Assembly (NCBI GenBank): GCA_963764165.1
Contig: CAVXRD010000001.1
Coordinates: 576,001 to 640,000, forward strand
Direction: 5' to 3'
DNA length: 64,000 nucleotides
DNA from: an uncultured Verrucomicrobiae bacterium
GTDB taxonomy: Bacteria > Verrucomicrobiota > Verrucomicrobiia > Limisphaerales > Palsa-1400
In this document: one piece after another, positions 29,044 to 39,485 of the stretch
Layout of the letters: each line of letters begins with the position of its first letter
Position numbering within the stretch: position 1 is the stretch's first letter
The notes under the pieces: model-generated
Told to the model about the DNA's origin: nothing
The model's database searches: none
The model's input: the letters and a program-made list of their open reading frames with translations, nothing else
Position numbers and translations under genes: made by a program

Positions 29044-30147
29044 GTGCAATTCGGCTCGTTTCAGTTGAAGTCCAATCTCTTTTTGTCGCCGCTGGCAGGT
29101 TATACCAATCTGCCGTTCCGCCTTGTCGTGCGCGAAATTGGCGGGCTTGATCTCGCCACGACGGATCTCGTCAATGCCCGCTCTCTCCTCGAAAAGAAAA
29201 GCAAGGCGCTGAAGCTCATTGAAACCTGCCCAGCCGATCAACCGCTCGCGGTTCAGCTTTTCGGCGCGGTGCCGGAGGAAATGCGCGACGCGGCGGCTTA
29301 CTTGGAATCCATCGGTGTTGCATCCGTGGATATCAACATGGGCTGCCCAGTGCGGAAGGTCTGCCGCGTCGGCGGCGGCTCGGCCATGATGACAGAAATG
29401 GACAAGACGGCGCACCTCGTGCGAGGCATGGTCAGTGCCGTCAAAATTCCCGTGACCGCGAAAATGCGCCTGGGCTGGGACGACGACAATATCACCGCGC
29501 CGGACTTGGTGCGCGTCTTGGAAGATGCCGGCGTGTCCGCCATTTTTGTCCATGGCCGCACGCGCGAACAGGGTTTTGGCGGATCGGTGAATCTTAAGGG
29601 AATCGCGTCGGTTGTCAGCGCGGCGCGAAACATTCCAGTCATTGGCAACGGTGATGTTACCACTCCTGCGGCCGCGAAAATGATGTTCGACCAGACAGGT
29701 TGCGCGGGGGTGAGCATCGGGCGCGGCGCGCTTTATCATCCGTGGATTTTTCAGGACACGATTCATTTTCTGCGCACGGGCCAGATTCCGCCCGAGCCGA
29801 GTTTTGAGGAGCGCATCCGCATCATGCGCCGCCATCTGGATTTGATGATCGAAATTTTTGGCGAAGAGCACGGATGCCGGATGTTCCGAAAAATCGGCCC
29901 GTGGCACTCGAAGCGCTTCGGTCCGGCCAACGAATTCAACAAGCGCATCGTCAAAGTTGCGAACCTCGCGGAATTCAACACGATCCTCGAAGATTACCAA
30001 CGCTGGCGCGAGCAGTTCCTGGACGAGAACGGCGAGTTGAAACCCAATTATCGCCCTGCGCCAGTGGTTGCCTCATTCATGCGCGAGCCAGCCGTGGCGC
30101 AGCGGACGGAAATCCCCGTGCCAAAGGGGCCGGTTGAAGTCTGGTAA
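29044..30147 (+). CDS. dusB: tRNA-dihydrouridine synthase
   Basis: SPLAGYT, VQLFG, DINMGCP, KMRLGW, VHGRT, GNGDV. Confidence 0.9.
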   Translation: MQFGSFQLKSNLFLSPLAGYTNLPFRLVVREIGGLDLATTDLVNARSLLEKKSKALKLIETCPADQPLAVQLFGAVPEEMRDAAAYLESIGVASVDINMGCPVRKVCRVGGGSAMMTEMDKTAHLVRGMVSAVKIPVTAKMRLGWDDDNITAPDLVRVLEDAGVSAIFVHGRTREQGFGGSVNLKGIASVVSAARNIPVIGNGDVTTPAAAKMMFDQTGCAGVSIGRGALYHPWIFQDTIHFLRTGQIPPEPSFEERIRIMRRHLDLMIEIFGEEHGCRMFRKIGPWHSKRFGPANEFNKRIVKVANLAEFNTILEDYQRWREQFLDENGELKPNYRPAPVVASFMREPAVAQRTEIPVPKGPVEVW

Positions 30148-30151
30148 AACT

Positions 30152-30718
30152 TCAACTGGCCTCGCCTTTGCGAGGGTGGTGATGGTGGAACAGCGTGGCG
30201 CGATAGGCATAGAGGTACCAAACTATCAAAACATTGCCAATCATCACCAGCAGCATGTAGAGAGTGACCTGCTTGGCCAATTCGTATATTTCAATAGGAA
30301 TAAAAAATGCCGATTCGCCGATGGCCAGCCAGCCGGCCCATTCCGCCCGAAAAAGCATGCCGATTCCTTCCACCAGCGGAAAAAGCGAGAACAATACGAT
30401 GCCGAGCCCCCATATCCGCACCTGATTGGCGGTGACGTTTTCTATCTGGGACGCGATATGCTGAAAAAACTTGTTTTCGGGATGAATCCGAAGCCGTTCA
30501 AAAACATGCCTCACCACCGGCCGGTTCAGCAGGTCTGACCATTCGGCGGGAAGATCGTTATTCGCCTGGCAAAAGATGACGATGCCAAAGGCGATGAACG
30601 CGATGCCTTTGAGCACCTTGAAAAGAATGATGGCGTAAAGAGTGGGCGCGCGTCTGAGCGGGGGTTCCACCGCAGTGCTCGCGAGCGCACGCATCCGCGC
30701 CTCGGCTTCCATGGACAT
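30152..30718 (-). CDS. DUF2127-family membrane protein
   Basis: IILFKVLKG, VEGIGM...WAGWL, FIPIEIYEL, NVLIVWYL. Confidence 0.8.
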   Translation of the reverse strand: MSMEAEARMRALASTAVEPPLRRAPTLYAIILFKVLKGIAFIAFGIVIFCQANNDLPAEWSDLLNRPVVRHVFERLRIHPENKFFQHIASQIENVTANQVRIWGLGIVLFSLFPLVEGIGMLFRAEWAGWLAIGESAFFIPIEIYELAKQVTLYMLLVMIGNVLIVWYLYAYRATLFHHHHPRKGEAS

Positions 30719-32524
30719 TTATCGAATTTTCTCCTGCAGCAGAGCCGGCAATTCGTTAATTTTTACCCGAGTTTGTTTCATGGTGTCACGATCGCGCAGG
30801 GTGACAGTATCCTTCAATTCCTCTCCCTTTTCGCCCAATGTATCGAAATCGATGGTTACCCCAAACGGAGTGCCTGCCTCGTCCTGCCGGCGATAACGCC
30901 GTCCGATAGCTCCACTATCATCATAGTATACCGTCATTAAGGGCCGGAGCAAGTCTCTAACTTCCATTGCCTTTGCGACCAGCTCGGGACGGTTCTTTAG
31001 CAGCGGAAAAACGGCGACTTTCACCGGCGCAATGCGCGGGCTGAATCGCATGACGATGCGCTTCTCCATTTTGCCTTTGTCGTCTGGCGCTTCGTCTTCG
31101 CAGAAGGCGTTGCAGATAATGGCCAGCGCCAAACGATCCGCGCCTGCCGAAGGTTCAATCACGTGCGGAACGTAATTTCCCGCCGCTAAACCCGCCGCGT
31201 CTTCGCGCGCCTGCTTTTCGGCTTTCTCCTCAGTCTCGCCAGTTTTCAAAAGGTACTTCTTCCGATTTTCGCAATAGCGATCGGAAAGTTCCTTTTGCTT
31301 CGACGCATCCAATTTGGCCCACGCCAGCTTCAATTCGTCGTCAAAAATAGCCATCGTCTTGCCGGAGAAGCGCTGGTGCTGCGAAAGATCGAAATCGCTG
31401 CGCGCGGCCACGCCTTCCAATTCTTCTCCCGCGAGCTCGCCCTGCTCATTGCGCTTGCTGAACGGGAAGCGATACAAAATATCCACCGTGGCGCGGGCGT
31501 AGTGGGCGAGTTCCTCCGGCTTCTGCCAATACTCGACAAGGCTCGTGCGGGGCAGCCCGATTTGCTCGTAAAAGGCGAGGCGCTCCTCGACCCAATACTG
31601 ATGCCACATCTTCCATCCCCAATTCGCCTGCGGCTGGCCCGGGTGGCCGGCGCCCTTCGGCTGCGCCACGGAACCGGTAATGGCTTCAACGGCTTCGTCA
31701 GGGCGAATGAAAAACTCGAGTTCCATCTGCTCGAATTCGCGCGAGCGGAAGGTGAAGTTGCGCGGGTTGATTTCGTTGCGAAACGCTTTGCCAATCTGGC
31801 AAATGCCGAACGGAACTTTCTGCCGCGAAACTTCCGCGACGTTTTTGAATTGAGCAAAAATCGCCTGCGCCGTTTCTGGGCGGAGATACGCCACATTTTC
31901 CGCGCTCTCCACCGGGCCGACGTAGGTTTTGAACATCAAATTGAACAGGCGCGGCTCGGTCAGGAGGCTGCCGTTGTCGGGATTGTAGCGCGTGGAATTT
32001 TCGATTTTCTCCGTGCGCTCGCCGAGGAGCTTGGGATCGGCCAATCCGCGCTGGCGGTAAAAGGTGCGGGCGGATTGGCGGGCCAATTCAGCCTGCTTCG
32101 CATCTGGCACTAAATATGAGTAAGGCTCGCTGGAAGACTTGGGTTTGTCGCCCGCGCTTTCCTCCGCGCCGGTAAAATGGTAAGCCACGCCGCTCTGGGG
32201 ATCGATTTGATCGGCCCGGTAGCGCTTCTTGGTCAACAGGCAGTCAACCATTGGGTCCGCGAAGGTGCTCGTGTGGCCGCTGGCCTCCCAAATTTTCGGG
32301 TGCATGATGATCGTCGCTTCCAAACCGACGACGTCATCGCGCAGGCGGGTCATCGAGCGCCACCAATAGTCTTTGAGATTGCGCTTGAGCTCCGCGCCGA
32401 GTGGACCGTAATCCCAAAATCCGTTGATGCCTCCGTAAATTTCGGAGGATTGAAAGACCAGCCCCTTGCGTTTGCACAAGGAGACAATGCGTTCCATGAC
32501 ATCATTAGACTTGGGTTCACCCAT
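30719..32524 (-). CDS. glyQS: Glycine-tRNA ligase (alpha2 type)
   Basis: DYGPLG, YLRPETAQ, GKAFRNEI, REFEQME, HVIEPSAG, IGRRYRRQDEAGTP. Confidence 0.95.
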   Translation of the reverse strand: MGEPKSNDVMERIVSLCKRKGLVFQSSEIYGGINGFWDYGPLGAELKRNLKDYWWRSMTRLRDDVVGLEATIIMHPKIWEASGHTSTFADPMVDCLLTKKRYRADQIDPQSGVAYHFTGAEESAGDKPKSSSEPYSYLVPDAKQAELARQSARTFYRQRGLADPKLLGERTEKIENSTRYNPDNGSLLTEPRLFNLMFKTYVGPVESAENVAYLRPETAQAIFAQFKNVAEVSRQKVPFGICQIGKAFRNEINPRNFTFRSREFEQMELEFFIRPDEAVEAITGSVAQPKGAGHPGQPQANWGWKMWHQYWVEERLAFYEQIGLPRTSLVEYWQKPEELAHYARATVDILYRFPFSKRNEQGELAGEELEGVAARSDFDLSQHQRFSGKTMAIFDDELKLAWAKLDASKQKELSDRYCENRKKYLLKTGETEEKAEKQAREDAAGLAAGNYVPHVIEPSAGADRLALAIICNAFCEDEAPDDKGKMEKRIVMRFSPRIAPVKVAVFPLLKNRPELVAKAMEVRDLLRPLMTVYYDDSGAIGRRYRRQDEAGTPFGVTIDFDTLGEKGEELKDTVTLRDRDTMKQTRVKINELPALLQEKIR

Positions 32525-32717
32525 AACACGAATAGTTCTGCAACCACGATTCCATGTCAAGACGGGTGGATGGGAGACATTAGACGAATGGGAAAAACCG
32601 CCGATTACAAAACCGGGTGCATATTGGATTTGGGCCATTCATGGGAGAACTGGTAGAATCGAGCCATGGGAACTGAATTCACGACGGACAGGGCAAAATA
32701 ACGACGAGGCACGCGAC

Positions 32718-33497
32718 ATGATCAAAATAGCGGATGTCAGCCACCATTACGGATTGCGACCGGTTTTGAGCCACATCAACCTTGAAATTCCTGACGGAAA
32801 TCTGGTGGCGGTCATGGGGCCAAATGGCGTTGGCAAAAGCACGCTGCTGGGAGTCATCGCGGGGCTCATCTCGCCCGCCAAGGGTCATGTGGAAATTAAC
32901 GGACTCCGCCGGCGCGCGAGCGAAGAGGTTGAACTGAAAATTCGCCAGCAAGTGGTGTATCTGCCGGATCATCCATGGCTGCCGGAATTCCTGACCGCGC
33001 GAGAATGGCTCCTCGCGATTGGCCAATTGTACGACATTGAAGCGGAGCGCTTGATGGATCACATCAGCCGCCTGCTGGATCTTTTTGATTTGGCCGACAA
33101 GGGCGACTCGCCCATTCGCACATGCTCAAATGGGCAAAAGAAAAAAATAGCCATTTGCGGCGCATTAGTGGCAGAGGCGCCGGTTCTTGTTCTTGACGAA
33201 CCATTCACCGGCGGCCTGGATCCTTCCGCCATTCTGGCCTTGCAGCGGGTATTGCAACACCTCGCCAGCCGCCCGGACATGACAATCGTGATGGCATCGC
33301 AAATTCCGGAAATGCTCGAGTTGATGGCTCACCGGATTGTCATCATTAGCGGAGCTCGCGTCGTTGCCTACGATACACTGGAAGGTTTGCGCGCCAAGAC
33401 GGGATGCCCAGGCTCGCTGCCGGAGATATTCGAGAAAATTGTCCATCCGCAGACCCTCGATCATATCGAGAAATATTTCTCCCGCCCCACGCCATGA
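32718..33497 (+). CDS. ABC transporter ATP-binding protein
   Basis: GPNGVGKS, CSNGQ signature, LVLDEP. Confidence 0.9.
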   Translation: MIKIADVSHHYGLRPVLSHINLEIPDGNLVAVMGPNGVGKSTLLGVIAGLISPAKGHVEINGLRRRASEEVELKIRQQVVYLPDHPWLPEFLTAREWLLAIGQLYDIEAERLMDHISRLLDLFDLADKGDSPIRTCSNGQKKKIAICGALVAEAPVLVLDEPFTGGLDPSAILALQRVLQHLASRPDMTIVMASQIPEMLELMAHRIVIISGARVVAYDTLEGLRAKTGCPGSLPEIFEKIVHPQTLDHIEKYFSRPTP

Positions 33498-34693
33498 AAC
33501 GCCCCCTGCCACTCCATTCGCAGAATGTCTGGCCGCCATTTCCGCTGGTGATTGCATTCCTCGTGATTTACAGCGTGTTCAATGCGGGCATTTGGCTCAT
33601 TCACCTCCAGTCAAACCTGATGGCAAAGGAAATGAGCAATGCGCTGGACCGCGAGAGCATACATGGCGCAATTCTTGGAAGCGCTGCGGTCGCATATGCC
33701 CTCTATCGACTCGGACGATTCCATCCCGCTTGCAACCGGGCCTACAGCGCGTGGTTGAAATCATCCCCGTGGAGTTCAGACAGGCCGCTGCCGGCCGGAC
33801 CGGTGCATCTCGTCTGGCAGGACGCGGTCGCCGTTGGCTCCCTGGTGGCTCTTGCCATTTGGCCTGGGCGCGTTTACGCCTTCGCGCCCCTGATCGCATT
33901 CGCCCTGGCTTACTTGATTGGGCTGACCTGCATTCTCGCCGTCACTCGCACCTGGCCTTGCTTTTTAGCCGCTTCGTTCATCTGGCCGGGGTTCTTGCTT
34001 CTAGTCAGGGCCCCTTGGCTGTCGACGGCTCTTGGCGCCATTCTCATTCTGGTGATCTGGCGGGGCACGCGAAGAAGTTTTCAGACGTTTCCGTGGCCTG
34101 CATGGGCGAGCGCGAATCGCCTTGGCCTCTCCGGTGGCAGATCAGAACTTCCTGATTTTCGTTTCGACGGAGCCGTTTCCGATCCAATGCGCTTGGGGTG
34201 GCCCTATTTCACGCTGTCGCCCAAATTCAAACCGCGATCCATGACGGTCTCAGCCAGCCTCGCCATCAGCGCCCTTGTCGGATGGTGGCTTTACTGCTTT
34301 ATAAAATGTTTCCAAGCCGAGCCAATGCCGGCGGGCATGGTGTTGTTTCTGGCCATCGTCGCCGCGTGCGCGCGCGTTGTGATTTACTGCATGGGCGTCG
34401 TCCCACCGTTCAACGTTTGGGGGCGAATGGCCTCGCGAAGGTTCATTTTGCCGGGGTTTGACAAAGTGTTCTTGACACCAGTGGCGGTGGTGGCGGTCGG
34501 CGTGCTGGGAGGCATGTTAATCCAGCACTCCGGTTCTTGGTATCCGTCTGCAGACTGTTTGGTGGTTGCCATTCTGCTGCTCGTGTCATTCGAGGGACGG
34601 CCATCTCTTCGAGATTGGATGCTCACCGGCCAGGTTCGTTTCCACCCGTCTTTCACCCAGCGAAGCAATCGCCAGCCGCTCCGGCGCGTCTAA
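33494..34693 (+). CDS. Polytopic membrane protein, putative ABC permease
   Basis: About nine hydrophobic segments; ATGA overlap with the ATPase gene. Confidence 0.7.
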   Translation: MKRPLPLHSQNVWPPFPLVIAFLVIYSVFNAGIWLIHLQSNLMAKEMSNALDRESIHGAILGSAAVAYALYRLGRFHPACNRAYSAWLKSSPWSSDRPLPAGPVHLVWQDAVAVGSLVALAIWPGRVYAFAPLIAFALAYLIGLTCILAVTRTWPCFLAASFIWPGFLLLVRAPWLSTALGAILILVIWRGTRRSFQTFPWPAWASANRLGLSGGRSELPDFRFDGAVSDPMRLGWPYFTLSPKFKPRSMTVSASLAISALVGWWLYCFIKCFQAEPMPAGMVLFLAIVAACARVVIYCMGVVPPFNVWGRMASRRFILPGFDKVFLTPVAVVAVGVLGGMLIQHSGSWYPSADCLVVAILLLVSFEGRPSLRDWMLTGQVRFHPSFTQRSNRQPLRRV

Positions 34694-34761
34694 TCTAAAC
34701 CCGCGCACAAGGTCGTCCCGATCGCTTGAATCGTTACGATTAAATTTCGCTTGGTCCGGGG

Positions 34762-37700
34762 TCACTTGAATGACTTGTCCGGGTGAGTCGGCGGCGGCGG
34801 GACTTCCACAGGCTGCGCCTTGATTTCGTCCTGCAAAACTTGAATCGCTTTTTCCAATTGCGCGTCGTGCCCCCCGAACGTGGCGTGCGGCAGATTATCC
34901 ACCATGATATCCGGCTCGACGCCACGGCCCTCGATGAGCCATTTGCCTTCCGGCCCATACACGCCGTATTCCGCCGCCGTCGCGATACCTTTGTCAACTA
35001 GCCAGTTGTCCGACGAAAGCCAGATCTCGCCGCCCCACGTCCGCATCCCGATCACCTTTCCGAGGCCAAGGCGCTTGAAACCTTCGGTGAAAGCTTCGCC
35101 GTCCGAGGCGGTGCTTTGGTCGCACAAAACCACCACGTGCCCGCGAAAGGCATACTGCATGTTCCAATACGGCTGGCCAGCCCTGCCCTGCCAGTAAAAC
35201 CACGCCTTGCGCATCAGCTTCTCCAAAATCCAACTGTCGATGTTTCCGCCGTGATTATGGCGAACGTCAATTATAAGTCCTTTGCGGTCGAACACCGGGT
35301 AAAAATCCCGCGTCCATCGCGCGATGTCGGCGGAACCCATCGCCCGCAAGTGAAGATAGCCGATGTCGCCATGCCCCAGTTCTTCCGTTTTCAGGCGGCG
35401 GGTATATTCCCACTCGTTAAACTGCAACTCGGATTCTTCCGCGGCTGTGATGGGATTGGCGATGGTTTCATGCGACGCATTTGTTCCAGTCGATTTAATC
35501 TTGAGCAACACCTGCCGGCTGGATTGGCGGCGCAGCAATTCGCCCATCGGTTCCGAGAGCACCGGAATTCCGTTGATGGATTCGATGACATCTCCCTCGT
35601 GAACTCCCACAGCAGGGCGCGCCAGCGGCGAGGCTTCGTCCGGGTAATCCGGGTCGGTTTTAAAAATATGATCGACGCGATAACCGCCGTCTGCCGGAGA
35701 CAACGCGGCGCCCAAGGCGCCGACCCGAATGTCTTCCGGCGTCGTCCGCAAATCTCCTCCGCGAACAAACGTGTGCAGCGCCGACAATTCGCCCACCATG
35801 TCGGCAATCAAATCCGCCAATTCCTGCCGGTCTGTCACGCGGTCCACCAGCGGCAGATGCCTTTGCAAAATCTCCGGCCAATTCACCCCGTGCAGGTTTT
35901 TGTCGTAGAAGAAATCGCGTTCCAAACGCCAGGCTTCGACGAACATCTGCCGCCATTCCTGGCGCGGATGGAGTGGAAAAGTCCAATCCGCCAGCCGCAC
36001 ACTTTTTTCCAGCTTGGCCGGCGCGCCCGCGTCCGATGAAATGATGTAGAAGCTGTCGTCCTTGCGGATGAGAAGTTTCTTCCGATCCTGCGAAAGCTGG
36101 AACGAAGTGATTTTGTCCGCCAGCGTTTCCATTTTGGGATCGTCGTTTGAAATCTCTGCCACTTTCAAGGAAAGATCCGCCCGCTCCGAGCCGGAACCGC
36201 GCGCCAGGATGAACAGGCGCTTGTCCGTCATGGCGAGCTCCGAATAATTTCCATCCGGATAGGGCGCGTGCTGAATCCGGGATTGAATTCCGTCCAAGTC
36301 AATCACCACTTCCGCGGGCGATTTTTCATCCTTCGCGCTTTCGTCCGTCTCCTTTTTTTGATCGTCAGCCTTTTCCTCCTTTTTGCCGCTCTTGCCGGGC
36401 TTCTTCGGCTTTTCCTTGTCCTTGTCTTTATCCTTGTCGTGGTCGGCCGCGTGCAATTCATCATTTGGCTGGAACGGTGATCTCTCGCCTTTTTTCAGGG
36501 CGACGTAGAAAATTTCGCCGGGCGTGTCAAAATAAGGCTCAGGCGCGCGCAATCCCCACGGCGAGCCCACCACCGCCTGCCAATGCCGGTCCGACAGGAA
36601 ATACAGCCACTTGCCGTCCGGGCTCCAAGCGGGGCTGGAACTGTTGGCGCGGTCGGTGGTGATCTTGGTGGAGACTTTTGTGTTCGTATTGTAAATGCAA
36701 ATCTGCGGATAGGTGTTGTCCGCTCCGCGCACATAGGCGAGCCACTGGCTGTCCGGCGACCAGGCGAATTCCTTGAATTCCTCGACCTTCGACGTGTCAA
36801 TGACAGTGGGTTTGGCGTCGTTGGTGTTGAAAAGCCACAAATTGTAGTCCTTATCGCCAAACGCCACCCACTTGCCATTGGGCGACGGCTTGCCATCGAA
36901 TCGATAACTCTGCTTGTTGCCGGACGTCACTTGTTTTGGCTTTTCCAACCCATTAGCCGCCAATTCCACGAATTCCAACTCGCCGCTCGCATCCGACAGC
37001 GCCAGCAGCGTCTTTCCATCCGGCATGAAACGCGCCCCGTGATAACGCACCGAAGGATCGCGAGTGACTTCAACGAACCGCCCTTGCCTGGCGGGCGCAA
37101 CGAAAATCTGCCCGCGAGCCGTCAATGCGAGCCGGTCGCCGTCCGGCGAAAGGTCCGCCGTTGTCAAATAATCCATCGGTTTCTTCACCCATTTTTCCCG
37201 CTCCTGGTCGAAATCGGAACTTAGCGTGATCGGCACCATCATGTCCGTGCCAGTTCCAATGTCGTAAAGCCACAAGTCCGCTCCATTTTGGTAAACAATC
37301 CGTCCTGCCGCAAGAGAGGCGGATTTCACATCCCATCCTTTGTGCTTGGTCAATTGCTTGAGATCGCCGCCGGATGTATTCGCGGACCAAAGATTCATCG
37401 TGCCATCGCGGTCGGAGACAAAATAAAGCCTGTCCTGCCACAGCATCGGGTTCTTGCTTGTTCCCTCGAAATCCTCCATCAACGGCTCGGCTTCGGGCGC
37501 GCCGTCCGTGTATTTCCAGAGGTGCTGGATGTCGCCGCCTTTGTAGCGTTTGGTATGGCTGCTTTGGAACGGCAGCCGGGTGAAATAAAGCGTTTTGCCC
37601 GACGCATCAAACATCCCATCCGCCGCTTGGGCGAGCGGAAGGACAGTTCGCCGCCCCGTCGCCGTATCGATGGTGGCCAACTGCCAATCCGGCAGCGTGG

Positions 37701-38091
37701 CGAAGTCTCGTGTCGCGTAGAGAATTTTTCCATCCGGCGTCCAACTCACCGGCGCCGCGCTCCGCCCCTCGTAAGTCCGGCGTGTGGGCAAGCCGCCTTC
37801 GATTGGCATCGTGTAAACTTCCATCGGCCCTTCGTATTCCGCCGAGAAGGCCAGCGTCTTGCCATCGGGCGAAAAAACGGCGTTCACCTCGTTTCCAGGA
37901 TGGGATGTCAAACGCACGGCCTGGCCGCCCTGCCGTCCAACCCGCCACAAATCCCCTTCCGCCGTGAACACGACCGTGTCCTCGTGGATGGCTGGGAAAC
38001 GATAGTATCCTTTTGGCCCCTCTTCCGCCCGAAGTGCCGAGGTCAAAAGCATCAGAAGCCCCAGCGACGCCGCTCTGTAAATCGAATTCAT
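34762..38091 (-). CDS. Tricorn protease homolog (S41) with signal peptide
   Basis: VFTAEGDLW, PD40/WD40-like propellers, PDZ, IIDVRHNHGG, ASDGE, GMRTWGG. Confidence 0.95.
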   Translation of the reverse strand: MNSIYRAASLGLLMLLTSALRAEEGPKGYYRFPAIHEDTVVFTAEGDLWRVGRQGGQAVRLTSHPGNEVNAVFSPDGKTLAFSAEYEGPMEVYTMPIEGGLPTRRTYEGRSAAPVSWTPDGKILYATRDFATLPDWQLATIDTATGRRTVLPLAQAADGMFDASGKTLYFTRLPFQSSHTKRYKGGDIQHLWKYTDGAPEAEPLMEDFEGTSKNPMLWQDRLYFVSDRDGTMNLWSANTSGGDLKQLTKHKGWDVKSASLAAGRIVYQNGADLWLYDIGTGTDMMVPITLSSDFDQEREKWVKKPMDYLTTADLSPDGDRLALTARGQIFVAPARQGRFVEVTRDPSVRYHGARFMPDGKTLLALSDASGELEFVELAANGLEKPKQVTSGNKQSYRFDGKPSPNGKWVAFGDKDYNLWLFNTNDAKPTVIDTSKVEEFKEFAWSPDSQWLAYVRGADNTYPQICIYNTNTKVSTKITTDRANSSSPAWSPDGKWLYFLSDRHWQAVVGSPWGLRAPEPYFDTPGEIFYVALKKGERSPFQPNDELHAADHDKDKDKDKEKPKKPGKSGKKEEKADDQKKETDESAKDEKSPAEVVIDLDGIQSRIQHAPYPDGNYSELAMTDKRLFILARGSGSERADLSLKVAEISNDDPKMETLADKITSFQLSQDRKKLLIRKDDSFYIISSDAGAPAKLEKSVRLADWTFPLHPRQEWRQMFVEAWRLERDFFYDKNLHGVNWPEILQRHLPLVDRVTDRQELADLIADMVGELSALHTFVRGGDLRTTPEDIRVGALGAALSPADGGYRVDHIFKTDPDYPDEASPLARPAVGVHEGDVIESINGIPVLSEPMGELLRRQSSRQVLLKIKSTGTNASHETIANPITAAEESELQFNEWEYTRRLKTEELGHGDIGYLHLRAMGSADIARWTRDFYPVFDRKGLIIDVRHNHGGNIDSWILEKLMRKAWFYWQGRAGQPYWNMQYAFRGHVVVLCDQSTASDGEAFTEGFKRLGLGKVIGMRTWGGEIWLSSDNWLVDKGIATAAEYGVYGPEGKWLIEGRGVEPDIMVDNLPHATFGGHDAQLEKAIQVLQDEIKAQPVEVPPPPTHPDKSFK

Positions 38092-38228
38092 GTCCAGAAT
38101 TTAGCCATCGCGCCCGATGGCATCAATGGAATTGCGCGGGCCACCGGCCACCGATGTCCAGCGCTCGATGGAGTCTTCCCACGCGAAGATGCCGCTTTGG
38201 TCAGGCATAACTCAATTTTCAAAAAAAT

Positions 38229-38700
38229 TAGGTGCGATTTGCTGAGATATGGTGTGATCGGCCGCGATTAGGTGATACTGGATCGAGTTTCCGCGATATG
38301 TGTGAGGCATCGAATGCTTCATAATCGTGGGAAGAGTGCAGCCGCTGTGCGAAATCCGCCTGAAGAAAACAAGCAGAGCACTGGCAGAGCACAGCATTGA
38401 ATGTGCATATAATGCATATAATCTCCAAAAACCCGCTACACCCGCTACACGGTTGACCATCAACGAGATAAGGGGCAACATTTCCGCTACAGAGCCGCTA
38501 CAAACCCGCTACATTTCTTCCGAGAGGGTTGCCATTGAATGAAACAATGTGTTTTCCATGGCCCCTTAAAGCTGCCGTCGCGGATGCGTTGGCCACAATT
38601 CATTCCACCGAAACAGCGAGGAACCCAGCATTTACTGCAATAGAGAGTGCAACAAGACTGCAATAAACCGCAGTGCAATAGGGCGCAATAGGGTGCAACG
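38229..38700. repeat. Clusters of short ~10-11 bp-phased direct repeats
   Basis: xxGGTGxGAT-like x5, CCGCTACA x5, YGCAAY x6. Confidence 0.75.
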
Positions 38701-39094
38701 TTGTTTCCGGCGGGAGCCGGTCGCAATTGACCCTGCGGACTTGATATAGGAGCCCCCTGACTTCCCTCTCGTCCAGCGTGGCTTTAGCGAAGGGGGAAGT
38801 CTTGGCGCAGGAGGTTGCTTTCCCGTCCACATGGGCTTTCCGCCGGCGCCGCCCATCGCAACAGCAGGGAATCTCATCAAACTGAAACTCACATGTATAT
38901 TCTCTGGCATACACCCATTCTGACACACGGTTATGCAAACAAAAAACCTACCGGAGGTTTTTCGCCACGATTTTTGCGGTTTTTTGCAAAGGAACTGAAT
39001 CTGGAAATCAGGAACTCAGGAACGGGTTGAGCAGCCCCAGATGGACGCGGATCAACGCAGATTTTTGATGGGCGATTTTGCATTGGCAAATACC

Positions 39095-39307
39095 GACCAT
39101 TTGAATTCTCTGCGGTCCCATAGAAACTGCCATCTCGATTCATCGTCAGCGCCCCACGGGCTTCGCCCCATCCACGTTTGTGTGCGTAACCGCGTCCACC
39201 GCGCCAAACGCGTGCAGCACCGTCAGAACTTGCCCGTGGGCGAATCCAGACATCCACAACATCCCCAACACCGCCAAAACCGAAACATTTCTTGCGCGCA
39301 ATTTCAT
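39095..39307 (-). pseudogene. Frameshifted N-terminal fragment of a choice-of-anchor (GloVer-type) repeat protein
   Basis: Signal peptide plus QVLTVLHAF...TNVDGAKP, continuing in another frame as GALTMNRDGSFYGTA. Confidence 0.6.
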
Positions 39308-39311
39308 GAGT

Positions 39312-39485
39312 TTTTAACCCGAAATCCGAGATTAAAATGGCCAAGATGCTGCAAGATCTTGGAGCAGAAATGAATTGGAAAAATTGAAGCCATACCCAAA
39401 GTGGTCTGGCGAGATTTTTTCAATTCATTTATGCACAAGAGATTGCGGCAGATTGGCCGTTTTAATCTCGGATTTCGGATTTAAA
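39312..39485. repeat. MITE-like element with ~33 bp inverted ends
   Basis: CCGAAATCCGAGATTAAAATGGCCAA ... TTGGCCGTTTTAATCTCGGATTTCGG. Confidence 0.75.

Noticed and set aside
38420..38700. CRISPR array
   Set aside because: Repeats are 6-9 nt with very short spacing, and there are no cas genes
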